DNA of 64,000 bases from the IMG/VR virus record IMGVR_UViG_3300025030_000006. One strand, 5' to 3'. Below, piece by piece: positions 24,054 through 32,336 of the stretch. A program made the translations under genes and the position numbers. The stretch's first letter is position 1. Each line of letters begins with the position of its first letter. This DNA comes from a virus. Under the pieces are notes generated by a model. It ran no database searches. It saw only the letters and a list, made by a program, of their open reading frames with translations, and was not told the DNA's origin.

Positions 24054-24276
24054 TAAAGATATTACTGAAAAAATTATTATTGGTGAAGGTTTTACAGATG
24101 AAGAATTAAATAAAGCAATAAATTTTTATTCTAATTTATGTGATTCTATTAAATGTCTTGGAATACGTTATGATTTGGTTTTTTGTGATTTATTTCACAC
24201 ACTGGATAATTTGCAATCAATTAGATATTTTAGGGAGAAAAGAAATGAACAAGAGCAAATATGTAAAAGGATATAA
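24043..24276 (+). CDS. hypothetical small protein, between the polymerase fragments
   Basis: Track ORF. AAAGGAGAAGAGAAATG RBS. Confidence 0.5.
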   Translation: MIISKDITEKIIIGEGFTDEELNKAINFYSNLCDSIKCLGIRYDLVFCDLFHTLDNLQSIRYFREKRNEQEQICKRI

Positions 24277-24619
24277 TGACAGATATACCCATTTGGGTTT
24301 GGCAAAAATTGAAGAATTATTGAAAAATCATAAAGTTCCAATTGATTTGAAAATTGAAGATGTTTATGCAAGAGCAGATGTAATGGTAAAAGAAATAAAT
24401 AAAAATCTCCCCAATAATACAAAACAATTTAAACGTGGTCAATTGTTAGAACATATTTCTTGGAATGAATATGGATTTTATAAATGGAATGCCTTGAAAG
24501 CATTGCTTATGAGTAGAGAGAAATTGAGGGAACAAAGAGAAAAAGAAAAGAATAAAAATTTTGCAAAGAATTATGGTAAACAGGTTAATAAAATTAGTGA
24601 AGCAATTCATGGAGTATAG
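24245..24619 (+). CDS. hypothetical protein, between the polymerase fragments
   Basis: Track ORF 24140..24619, trimmed to the ATG after the TAGGGAGAAAAGAA RBS. Confidence 0.5.
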   Translation: MNKSKYVKGYNDRYTHLGLAKIEELLKNHKVPIDLKIEDVYARADVMVKEINKNLPNNTKQFKRGQLLEHISWNEYGFYKWNALKALLMSREKLREQREKEKNKNFAKNYGKQVNKISEAIHGV

Positions 24620-24625
24620 AATAAA

Positions 24626-26038
24626 ATGGATATGTTATTCAATACCCAAAGTAATATGCAGCTTCAGGAGTTTTTATATGAATTCCTAGAATTGAAACCA
24701 CCAAGGGCAAAGAATGATAAAGGTAATTATTCGGTAGCAGAAGAAATATTAATTCATCATGCAGAGAAAGATGAAGTTGAATTCTGCAAATTACTGTTGA
24801 ATATACGTAAATTGAAAAAAGCAAGAAATACTTATGCAAGGGGATTTAGAAGATATAAGGATGAATTGGAAGGAATGATTCATCCTGATTTTTGGCTTAA
24901 CACAACAAAAACTTATCGGAGTTCTTCATCAAACCCAAATTTTCAGAATTTGCCAAAACACGGTGAAATTATTCCCGGTATTGAGTGGCAAACGATTCGT
25001 AAAATATTCACCAGAAAATTATTAATTGAAAAGATAAAAGCTGGAGAAATAGAATTTACAATTCAAAATGGATTCATTGGTGAAGTTGACTATGTTGGTG
25101 CTGAAGTTAAAGTTGCCGCCGCTGAAGCAGACGATGAACAATTGATTACTGATTTAAATAATGGATTCGACCAACACTCACATTGGGCTGGCGTTTTATT
25201 CGGAATCAATAAAGCAATTGAGGAAATAAAAAAGATACACACTGAAGAAAGATTCCTTGCAAAGAATAACTTTACCTTTGCCAATCTCTTTGGTGCTGGC
25301 AATACTTCAATTGCGGAGGAAATGCGTAAAAGTGAATTCTACGTTGAATTTGTAAGAAAAGCATTTGAAAAAGCAAGACAATCAAAGGGGTTTAAATCCT
25401 CATGGAATGATTTTTTTAAAGAGTATTCGGAACAACATATTCAGGAATGTCAAAATGTTTTTTATGACCGATATAAAGATGTAAAAGCATGGCAAGAATG
25501 GGTAGTAAAAAAATATTATGACGTTGGCTATGTAGAGAACAAATTTGGGTTTAGAAGAAGATACCCAATGAAGCGTAATGAAATAATTAATTTTCCAATA
25601 CAGTCAACAAGTTTTCATTTACTCCTTCATTCATTGATTGAAATTGAAAAGAAAATGGAACAATTGGATTTACAATCTAAATTGGTTGGTCAGATTCATG
25701 ACTCTGGATTTTTTAATATTGTGAGAAGAGAAGCAGAACAGGTTATGGATTTAATTGAATATGAAATGACTCACAAATCATTTGATTGGCTTAAAAAAAT
25801 TAACCTAGAAGCTGAATTCGAGTTGTCTGATGATAGCTGGTACAATTTGAAATTGGAAAATAAATGGTTTGAAGCAAAACATATTAAATCAGAAGAAGTA
25901 TTTAGAGAAAAATTCCTGCATGGATTTACAACTGATATAGGAATGGATGTTGATTTAATTGCAAAGATTCTGGCAGGGAAAAAGGACAAGGAAGGTAATC
26001 TGTATAAACTAGAAAATTGGTCTTTTTCCTATATTTGA
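24626..26038 (+). CDS. family A DNA polymerase, C-terminal fragment (thumb/palm/fingers)
   Basis: Contains FNTQSNMQLQEFL and SSSNPNFQNLP. Motif A VDYVGAEVKVAA, motif B RFLAKNNFTFANLFGAG, motif C QIHDS. Confidence 0.85.
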   Translation: MDMLFNTQSNMQLQEFLYEFLELKPPRAKNDKGNYSVAEEILIHHAEKDEVEFCKLLLNIRKLKKARNTYARGFRRYKDELEGMIHPDFWLNTTKTYRSSSSNPNFQNLPKHGEIIPGIEWQTIRKIFTRKLLIEKIKAGEIEFTIQNGFIGEVDYVGAEVKVAAAEADDEQLITDLNNGFDQHSHWAGVLFGINKAIEEIKKIHTEERFLAKNNFTFANLFGAGNTSIAEEMRKSEFYVEFVRKAFEKARQSKGFKSSWNDFFKEYSEQHIQECQNVFYDRYKDVKAWQEWVVKKYYDVGYVENKFGFRRRYPMKRNEIINFPIQSTSFHLLLHSLIEIEKKMEQLDLQSKLVGQIHDSGFFNIVRREAEQVMDLIEYEMTHKSFDWLKKINLEAEFELSDDSWYNLKLENKWFEAKHIKSEEVFREKFLHGFTTDIGMDVDLIAKILAGKKDKEGNLYKLENWSFSYI

Positions 26039-26051
26039 GAAAGGAATTAAT

Positions 26052-26363
26052 ATGTCTGAAATTTATAAGGGTGGAAAAAGAATTCTTATTGTGGACAAGA
26101 TTTCAAAAATGCCCACAGGTTTACTAAAATGTAAATCAACATCAGCAACGTTTGGAGAATTAAAATTTAAAATTGAGTTGTTGTCAGAAGCAATGGGGAA
26201 AGCACATAAAGAGGCTGAAGAAGCAGCCAAAAACTTTAATTTAGCAATTGCAGAATTAACAGCAAAAACACTTATTGAATTGCCAAAAATTAAAGAAACA
26301 AAAGAAAAACATTTTGAGAAATTCAATTACAAAATGAAACGTGGAAAAAGGAAATGGAGATAA
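26052..26363 (+). CDS. hypothetical protein
   Basis: Track ORF. Confidence 0.55.
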   Translation: MSEIYKGGKRILIVDKISKMPTGLLKCKSTSATFGELKFKIELLSEAMGKAHKEAEEAAKNFNLAIAELTAKTLIELPKIKETKEKHFEKFNYKMKRGKRKWR

Positions 26364-26364
26364 T

Positions 26365-26541
26365 ATGAAAAGAATTAAACTGAAGGAAAAAAATAAAACA
26401 TATTCAGAAGGGGTAAAATGTTTTGACAGATTTATAAAAATGAATAGGGTTCATATTGATAAAATGAAGGATGAAGGAAAAGAAATGTATCTGTTCCTTG
26501 CTGGCTATTATGCCAAATGTAAAAGGGATAAAGGGGAATAG
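26365..26541 (+). CDS. hypothetical small protein, paralog of 26545..26748
   Basis: Track ORF 26341..26541, trimmed to the ATG at 26365. Both copies start MKRIKLK and share ..F(M/Y)LF(L/M)(A/S)G(Y/F)YA.C. Confidence 0.5.
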   Translation: MKRIKLKEKNKTYSEGVKCFDRFIKMNRVHIDKMKDEGKEMYLFLAGYYAKCKRDKGE

Positions 26542-26544
26542 TAT

Positions 26545-26748
26545 ATGAAAAGAATTAAATTAAAAGGAACAACAAAAGATTTTCAAACAAATTTTGATGA
26601 TTATGCTGTTGGTAAAGGAAAATTTCAAATGTACATGAGATTAAATAAACAACATTTGGATAAGGCAACAGAAAATGAAAAAGAATTTATGTTGTTTATG
26701 TCAGGATTTTATGCTGCTTGTCAGTATAAACTATCAGGAAATAAATAA
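26545..26748 (+). CDS. hypothetical small protein, paralog of 26365..26541
   Basis: Track ORF. Confidence 0.5.
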   Translation: MKRIKLKGTTKDFQTNFDDYAVGKGKFQMYMRLNKQHLDKATENEKEFMLFMSGFYAACQYKLSGNK

Positions 26749-26759
26749 TTTTTTGGTAC

Positions 26760-26789
26760 TTGACAGATTAGTAATTCAAGATGTATATT
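26760..26789 (+). promoter_or_regulatory. sigma70-like promoter
   Basis: cTTGACA, 18 nt, TATATT. Intergenic. Confidence 0.5.
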
Positions 26790-26820
26790 TACCAAACATT
26801 TAACGGAAAGGAGAAAACAA

Positions 26821-27066
26821 ATGAAAAAAAGAGTTTATATTTATTCAGGTGAATATGAAAATTACTTGGAAGATGAACCTGATTATTTAACATCTGTTGT
26901 TGAAATCAATGAAGAACTTTATAAACGGATAAAGGATTATGAAAAGGAACATCAAGAAATACAAAAAATAATGGATAAACTTTATGATGATGGAAAAATA
27001 TTGGATTCACAAACAAAAGTTAAATTGGAAAAAATGAAAAGGAAGGAGAAAAAATATGAATCATAA
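26821..27066 (+). CDS. hypothetical protein
   Basis: Track ORF. AAAGGAGAAAACAAATG RBS. Confidence 0.55.
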   Translation: MKKRVYIYSGEYENYLEDEPDYLTSVVEINEELYKRIKDYEKEHQEIQKIMDKLYDDGKILDSQTKVKLEKMKRKEKKYES

Positions 27067-27373
27067 AACAAGGCATTTGATTTATGAATGTATTTCAGAT
27101 TATTTTCAAATACCAATTTCAACGGCAAGGCAACTTTGTTATATGACTATAGTTGGTGCTGATTTCAGTTTTAAAATGTCAGAAGAAATTGTATGGCATA
27201 ATATTTATCATTCCTTGAAAACAAATGATGAAAGATTTATCAAGGTATTGGAAAATGAAATGGAAGCAATAAATAAAGATGCAGAATTAAAAAGAAAATT
27301 GGATAAATTCATTTTGTATAATGGCATTGAATCAGGGGAATTGAAGAGTTTTAAATCTTATTTGAAAGGATGA
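27056..27373 (+). CDS. hypothetical protein
   Basis: Track ORF. GGAAGGAGAAAAAATATG RBS. Confidence 0.55.
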   Translation: MNHKTRHLIYECISDYFQIPISTARQLCYMTIVGADFSFKMSEEIVWHNIYHSLKTNDERFIKVLENEMEAINKDAELKRKLDKFILYNGIESGELKSFKSYLKG

Positions 27374-27552
27374 ATATGAAAAAAAATATTATAATAAAAA
27401 AAGTAAACAATAAAAGTGATGTTTGTTTACTTTGCAATAATGGAAATGAGGCAGAACAATTGTGGAGTATTAAATTAGGAAATAATATTCTAATTCTTTG
27501 TGGTTTTTGTTGTGGTAATCTAGGATATAAACTAATCCATGAAACTGACTAA
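27370..27552 (+). CDS. small Cys-rich protein
   Basis: Track ORF. Contains CLLC...CGFCCG. Confidence 0.5.
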   Translation: MNMKKNIIIKKVNNKSDVCLLCNNGNEAEQLWSIKLGNNILILCGFCCGNLGYKLIHETD

Positions 27553-27648
27553 AGAAAGGATGAATATGATTCTTTGTGTTTTGTTAATTTTGGAGGTAAT
27601 TTTTCTTTTGTGGATTGACACAACTAAATAAAGAAAGGAGAATAGAAA

Positions 27649-28602
27649 ATGCAAATTACAAACTATCTTAGGGCTGGTTATGCTTCTGTTTTTTGTGAGG
27701 CAATTGAAATTAAACGCTGTGTTAAATCCATTTCAGTTGATTTGCCATTTGAGAAATTGGAATGGGACTTTGTAACAGGATTGGAAGTTAATAAACAAAA
27801 GGAAGAAGCCAATCAAGTTGAAATTCTTAACAAGGCAACTGAATTACAACAAAAGGCAATCATTCTGGAAAACTTTGATTTGTTTCTGGAAAACCCCATT
27901 ATTATGCAAACATTCCTGAATAATTATGAAACATATAAATCCAATCAGGTTTGTTTGGTAATGGTAGGAAATTCCTCATCCAAGATTCCCGTTATTTTAA
28001 AAGAACTGATTCCTGTAATTGAGTTCAATCTTCCCAATAAAGAAGAAATCAGGAAGATTGCAGAAATTATTTCCACCACAGCGGAAGAAGATTTTAAACA
28101 ATCCAAAGATTATGATAAGAATAAAAAGGAATTCGATTTCCATGTATCTGAAGAATTGATTTCCGCTTGTCTAGGATTAAGTCATGAAGAGGTTGAAAGC
28201 ATTTTAGCCCTGTCGCTCATTGAACATAAAAAATTGGATACAAAAACAGTCTTAGAAAGAAAAAGGCAAGTAATAAGACAAACTGGATTTATGGATTTTA
28301 TAAACCCAGAACCAATAGAAAATTTAGGAGGGTTAGATAAATTAAAAGAGTATATTTTTAAAAGAAAAGAAGCGTTTATTGAGGGAAGTATAAAACCAAA
28401 AATAAAATCAATGGTGATGGCCGGTTTTCCCGGAACAGGTAAAACGATGGCCGCAAAGGCAATTATTTCTATTTTTGATTGGCCAGGAATAATTCTTGAC
28501 GTAGGTTCTTTAAAAGGTGGAATCGTTGGTGAAACAGAAAAAAATGTAAGACATGCCTGCAAAACAATTGACGCTTTTGGAAGATGTATTGTAATACTGG
28601 AT
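27649..28602 (+). CDS. AAA+ ATPase, exon 1 (N-domain, Walker A, Walker B through ..VILD)
   Basis: Walker A GFPGTGKT. The coding sense ends at ..CIVILD|. The track ORF runs 4 codons into the intron. Confidence 0.8.
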
Positions 28603-28837
28603 AAACAAATCTAATCTTGTTCAGTATAAATCCCCTTAATTGCTGGAAACCCCTTAGAGCCAATTGAACTACAACGTAGCTGGAAACGGCAAGCGTGAAT
28701 GTTTGAAAATCAATTGGATTGGGCAATCAGCAGCCAAGTGCCTTTAAAATGGTGAAGGTTCAGAGACTATCCCGTAAGGGAGTAGGATTCAAGTGAATCC
28801 GAAATGGGGGACAAATAACAAAAATTCCTTTATTTTC

Positions 28838-28866
28838 TTGACTTCATAAATTCTCTATCCTATATT
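28838..28866 (+). promoter_or_regulatory. sigma70-like promoter inside the intron, upstream of the HNH ORF
   Basis: cTTGACT, 17 nt, TATATT. Lies 47 nt upstream of the HNH ATG. Confidence 0.45.
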
Positions 28867-28912
28867 CTTAAAATAAGTTTTCAGCACAAAATAGGACAAG
28901 GGAGATTTTATT

Positions 28913-29500
28913 ATGTGGTCCAAGAAACGTGGTAGATGCAAAGGGTGCCGTTCTATTCGTTACCGTCATCAAGCAAAGGGATTATGCACAAAATGTTATT
29001 TAGAAAAATATCGTAATAACCCACAAAACAAAGAAAAAAGCAAGAAACACAAAAGTGAATGGCTTAAAAAACAACCAAAAGAATATGGCAAAATGCGTAG
29101 AGAACAACTACATTTTGGTGGTAAAAGAGAATTAGCTTTAGAAAGAGATAATTATACTTGTCAAAAATGTGGGGAAAAAGATATTCCTAAATTAACTGTG
29201 CATCATATTGATGGTAATGGTAGAAAGCATAAAACACCAAACAATAAACTTAGTAATTTGCAAACTTTATGCAGAACATGTCACATTAAAATCCACAAGT
29301 ATGATTTAGTAAAAGGAAGAAGAACAATAAAAAGTGGATTTTGGAGCAAACACCATGATTTATGCAAAGTTTGCGAAACAACCGAAAGAAAACATTATGC
29401 TTTGGGCCTTTGTGTCTTATGCTACAAAAGGGTAGTTAGAAAAGCCAAAAAGGAAGGCTTGTTATTTGAAGATATAGTCCGAACTTATGAGAAATCATAA
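28913..29500 (+). CDS. intron-encoded HNH homing-endonuclease-like protein
   Basis: Contains CQKCGEKDIPKLTVHHIDGNG...NLQTLCRTCHIKIH. AGGGAG RBS. The 3' end overlaps intron core element S. Confidence 0.8.
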   Translation: MWSKKRGRCKGCRSIRYRHQAKGLCTKCYLEKYRNNPQNKEKSKKHKSEWLKKQPKEYGKMRREQLHFGGKRELALERDNYTCQKCGEKDIPKLTVHHIDGNGRKHKTPNNKLSNLQTLCRTCHIKIHKYDLVKGRRTIKSGFWSKHHDLCKVCETTERKHYALGLCVLCYKRVVRKAKKEGLLFEDIVRTYEKS

Positions 29501-29537
29501 GAGGAATAATGGAAACGATTATTCCAAAACAAAAAAG

Positions 29538-30074
29538 GAGATTGAAAAAGCCTTTGCAGGTGCGTCCGGTCAAAATCTTGATTCTGGTGTAAGTCAAGGG
29601 ATGTTGGGTTATTTTTTAACATGGATGCAAGAGCGTAAATCAGAAGGAATTGTTATTGCTACTGCAAATGATTTATCAAAATTACCTCCAGAATTTCTTC
29701 GTGCTGGTAGGTGGGATTGTATTTGGTTCGTTGATACGCCAAATGAAAATGAAGTAAAAGTTATCATTGAAATTATGAATAGGCGGTATCATTCAAAACT
29801 TCCTACCGATTCCAATTTCTGTAAAGAATTGGCTGAACAACAATGGACTGGTGCTGAAATTGAACAATTGGCTAAAGATTCCCATTTCGATGATTTGGAT
29901 ACGGCAATGAATAATATTCCTTTGCTATCCAGTTTCAGAAAAGAAGAAATGGATGAAATCAGGAAGAAAGCTAAAATGTTTCGTGCTGCCAGTAGTAAAG
30001 GAGAACCAATCAGAAAGAAAATTCAATTGAAAACAAAACCTGTTGCTGCCGGTAGAAAACTGAATCTTCATTGA
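29538..30074 (+). CDS. AAA+ ATPase, exon 2 (Walker B Glu, sensor 1, Arg finger, lid)
   Basis: Contains EIEKAF, IVIATAN and RAGRWD (classical AAA pattern). In frame with exon 1 after intron removal. Confidence 0.8.
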   Translation, partial: EIEKAFAGASGQNLDSGVSQGMLGYFLTWMQERKSEGIVIATANDLSKLPPEFLRAGRWDCIWFVDTPNENEVKVIIEIMNRRYHSKLPTDSNFCKELAEQQWTGAEIEQLAKDSHFDDLDTAMNNIPLLSSFRKEEMDEIRKKAKMFRAASSKGEPIRKKIQLKTKPVAAGRKLNLH

Positions 30075-30085
30075 AAGGAGAAAAT

Positions 30086-30340
30086 ATGACAAGGGAAGAG
30101 ATTGAAAATACTGATTGGGCAAAGGAATTTAAAGCTGATTCTCCTATTAGTTATGAAAAAGGAATTAAATATGCTTTGCAGGAAAATTTAGAAGTTTTTC
30201 TTGCTTTTAATTGTGATGTTGGTTTTTGGCAATATTCCATTTGTGTTTCAGAATACCCTCTATTTTGGATGGATGCAAAAGAAACGAAGGAAGAAGCTAT
30301 CAAATTATGCAAAAAAATGGGTTGGAAAATTATTGAATAA
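30086..30340 (+). CDS. hypothetical protein
   Basis: Track ORF 30071..30340, trimmed to the ATG after the GAAAGGAGAAAAT RBS. Confidence 0.55.
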   Translation: MTREEIENTDWAKEFKADSPISYEKGIKYALQENLEVFLAFNCDVGFWQYSICVSEYPLFWMDAKETKEEAIKLCKKMGWKIIE

Positions 30341-30357
30341 AGGAAAGGAGAAAATAA

Positions 30358-30561
30358 ATGGAAACTTTAATTGATTGTGTGTTTCAGGAATGTCTTTTGA
30401 ATAATGAAGAAAAATGTACGGGAGAAGAACATAAAAGTATTCCCAATTCAATTTATTGTAAAAAATTTAAAGTACAAAGAATGAGTAAAATTGTTACCCA
30501 AGAAATTTTGAATGAAAGGCTACTGGTTAAAAACATCAGACAAGCATTAAAGGAGGTATAA
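30358..30561 (+). CDS. hypothetical small Cys-containing protein
   Basis: Track ORF. AAAGGAGAAAATAAATG RBS. Confidence 0.55.
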   Translation: METLIDCVFQECLLNNEEKCTGEEHKSIPNSIYCKKFKVQRMSKIVTQEILNERLLVKNIRQALKEV

Positions 30562-30563
30562 TT

Positions 30564-31001
30564 ATGAGTCACTTTAGCCGTATTGACCTAAAAATTACTG
30601 ATTTGAATTGTTTGAAAAAAGCAGTTAAGAGACTTGGTGGGGAATTCAGGGAAAATCAAACAAGTTATAAATGGTGGGGGAGATATATGGGTGATTCCCC
30701 ATTGCCTGAAGGATTGACTGTAAACGATTTGGGGAAATGTGACCATGCAATCTCATTTCCCGGCAAAGCACAATATGAGATTGGCGTTGTTAAATCAAAA
30801 ACAAAACCAAAAAATTATGAGTTGCTTTATGATTATTGGCAATCAGGTGGTTTGAATCAGGTTGTTGGTCAAAATGCCGGTTTGCTTAAACAGGCTTATG
30901 GAATTGAAGCAGCAAAAACGCAAGCACTGTTATCTGGATATACTACAACAGAGAGAAAAGAAAAAGATGGTTCTGTTAAATTGGTAATCAGTGTAAGTTG
31001 A
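30564..31001 (+). CDS. DUF1257 (Ycf35-like) family protein
   Basis: The N-terminus MSHFSRIDLKITDLNCLKKAVKRLG matches my recollection of the DUF1257 signature. Confidence 0.6.
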   Translation: MSHFSRIDLKITDLNCLKKAVKRLGGEFRENQTSYKWWGRYMGDSPLPEGLTVNDLGKCDHAISFPGKAQYEIGVVKSKTKPKNYELLYDYWQSGGLNQVVGQNAGLLKQAYGIEAAKTQALLSGYTTTERKEKDGSVKLVISVS

Positions 31002-31013
31002 AGGGAAAACAAT

Positions 31014-31265
31014 ATGGAACTTAATCTTAAAATAAATCCAGATGGTACAATTGAATCATTGTATAATGATTTCTTGTCTGACTTTGAAGGAAATAAAGAA
31101 ATCCAGAGAGCAAGCGAAGTGGAATTTTCTGATGATATGCAAAATTGGATTGTTACAATTCTAATTGGCAATTATAAAGGGTGCTGCTTGCCAAGATTGT
31201 TTAACAAGAGACAGGAAGCCATTAACGCAGAAATTGAATTCTTTAATCAGGAATTATTCAATTAA
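31014..31265 (+). CDS. hypothetical protein
   Basis: Track ORF. Confidence 0.55.
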   Translation: MELNLKINPDGTIESLYNDFLSDFEGNKEIQRASEVEFSDDMQNWIVTILIGNYKGCCLPRLFNKRQEAINAEIEFFNQELFN

Positions 31266-31283
31266 AAGAAAGGAGTAAATAAA

Positions 31284-31472
31284 ATGAAGGAAATTGTGGT
31301 AATAATTAAACCAGACGGCAGTTCAAGCGTAGAGGCTTTTGGATTCAAAGGAACAAGTTGTAAAGACGCAACAAAAGAAATTGAAAAGGCATTGGGTAAA
31401 GTTGCTTCTGATAAGTTGAAGCCTGAGTATTATGAAACAGAACGTGTAGGAACAACAATCAAGATTAAATAA
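31284..31472 (+). CDS. DUF2997 family small protein
   Basis: The pattern IKPDGSSSVEAFGFKGTSCKDATKEIEKALG matches my recollection of DUF2997. Confidence 0.55.
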   Translation: MKEIVVIIKPDGSSSVEAFGFKGTSCKDATKEIEKALGKVASDKLKPEYYETERVGTTIKIK

Positions 31473-31529
31473 AACAATTCGGGGAGTTGCCTCCCTGAAA
31501 ATAAATAAGTAAGGGAGGCTGATTTAATT

Positions 31530-32321
31530 ATGAGAAAAGATGGACTGACAACTTATGAAAGAGTTGAAATTGAAGAAAGAATTGATACTTGGTTTGAAGG
31601 AAAAAATGATAATCAAATTGATGGATATGATTTTGATGATATTGTAGAAGCAATTATTGGAATAGTTGAAAATACTATTACGGTTGATTTGGTAAATGTG
31701 AGAAAATTCACTGATGTAAATAAATTCATTGAAAATAAAGTACAAAATAAATTAAAAGAAATTGAAAGTAGAATAAGGGAAAAAGAAATAAAAAGTGTAA
31801 GGGGAAAATTTAAAAAGAAAGAAAAAGTAAGCCTTGGAATTGAAGTAACCAATGCCATATTTAAACAAAAGAGGATTGGGTATAATGACAGATATACACC
31901 AACAAAGGCACTAAGTAATGTAATATTTTCTTCTGTAGAAAAAAATTCTAGAGATGAAATAGTATTCTCCATATTTTGTAACAATAAAAATGAATTTAAA
32001 GATGTAAAATATGTAAAGGGAACATTTGCATTTAATGTGTTGGATGAAAATAAAAAAGAAGAAACACCAAATTATATAGAAAGAATGGTTTATAATTATA
32101 CAAACAATAATTACAATAGACAGTATAGTTATGAGGGGTTGCTAAAAGTATTATCTATTGATAATACTGAGGTTTTTATTGAATTTATTGGTAAAAGTTT
32201 AAATGGGGATTTTTTAAAATATATGGCTGATAGAAAAGAATTTATTTTAAAGAGATTGGAAGAAGAAAAGAAAAAGGAAATGCTGGCTAATAGAAAAATA
32301 AATAGGCGATTTCATTTTTAA
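31530..32321 (+). CDS. hypothetical protein ending in KINRRFHF
   Basis: Track ORF. GTAAGGGAGG RBS. Confidence 0.6.
   Translation: MRKDGLTTYERVEIEERIDTWFEGKNDNQIDGYDFDDIVEAIIGIVENTITVDLVNVRKFTDVNKFIENKVQNKLKEIESRIREKEIKSVRGKFKKKEKVSLGIEVTNAIFKQKRIGYNDRYTPTKALSNVIFSSVEKNSRDEIVFSIFCNNKNEFKDVKYVKGTFAFNVLDENKKEETPNYIERMVYNYTNNNYNRQYSYEGLLKVLSIDNTEVFIEFIGKSLNGDFLKYMADRKEFILKRLEEEKKKEMLANRKINRRFHF
32292..32318. repeat. 27-nt exact repeat at the gene 3' end (copy 1)
   Basis: AGAAAAATAAATAGGCGATTTCATTTT is identical to 32796..32822. Confidence 0.85.
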
Positions 32322-32336
32322 AGAAAGGAGGAAATA

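Larger units (their letters stand above)
28603..29537 (+). mobile_element. group I intron (935 nt) carrying an HNH ORF between the R and S core elements
   Basis: 5' exon ends in U. P1: ACUGGAU pairs with GUUCAGU (28619..28625) with a U.G at the splice site. P10: AAUCUU (28613..28618) pairs with GAGAUU of exon 2. Core elements: P AATTGCTGGAAACC (28638), Q AATCAGCAGC (28725), R GTTCAGAGACTA (28758), S AAGATATAGTCC (29469). Terminal G at 29537. Splicing restores VILD|EIEKAF in frame. Confidence 0.85.

Noticed and set aside
23806-24625. The spacer between the DNA polymerase fragments as a group I/II intron or an intein
   Set aside because: No P/Q/R/S-like core elements, no homing-endonuclease motif and no intein splicing blocks are present. 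The region is filled by three ordinary small ORFs with standard RBSs, and each polymerase fragment has its own stop or start.
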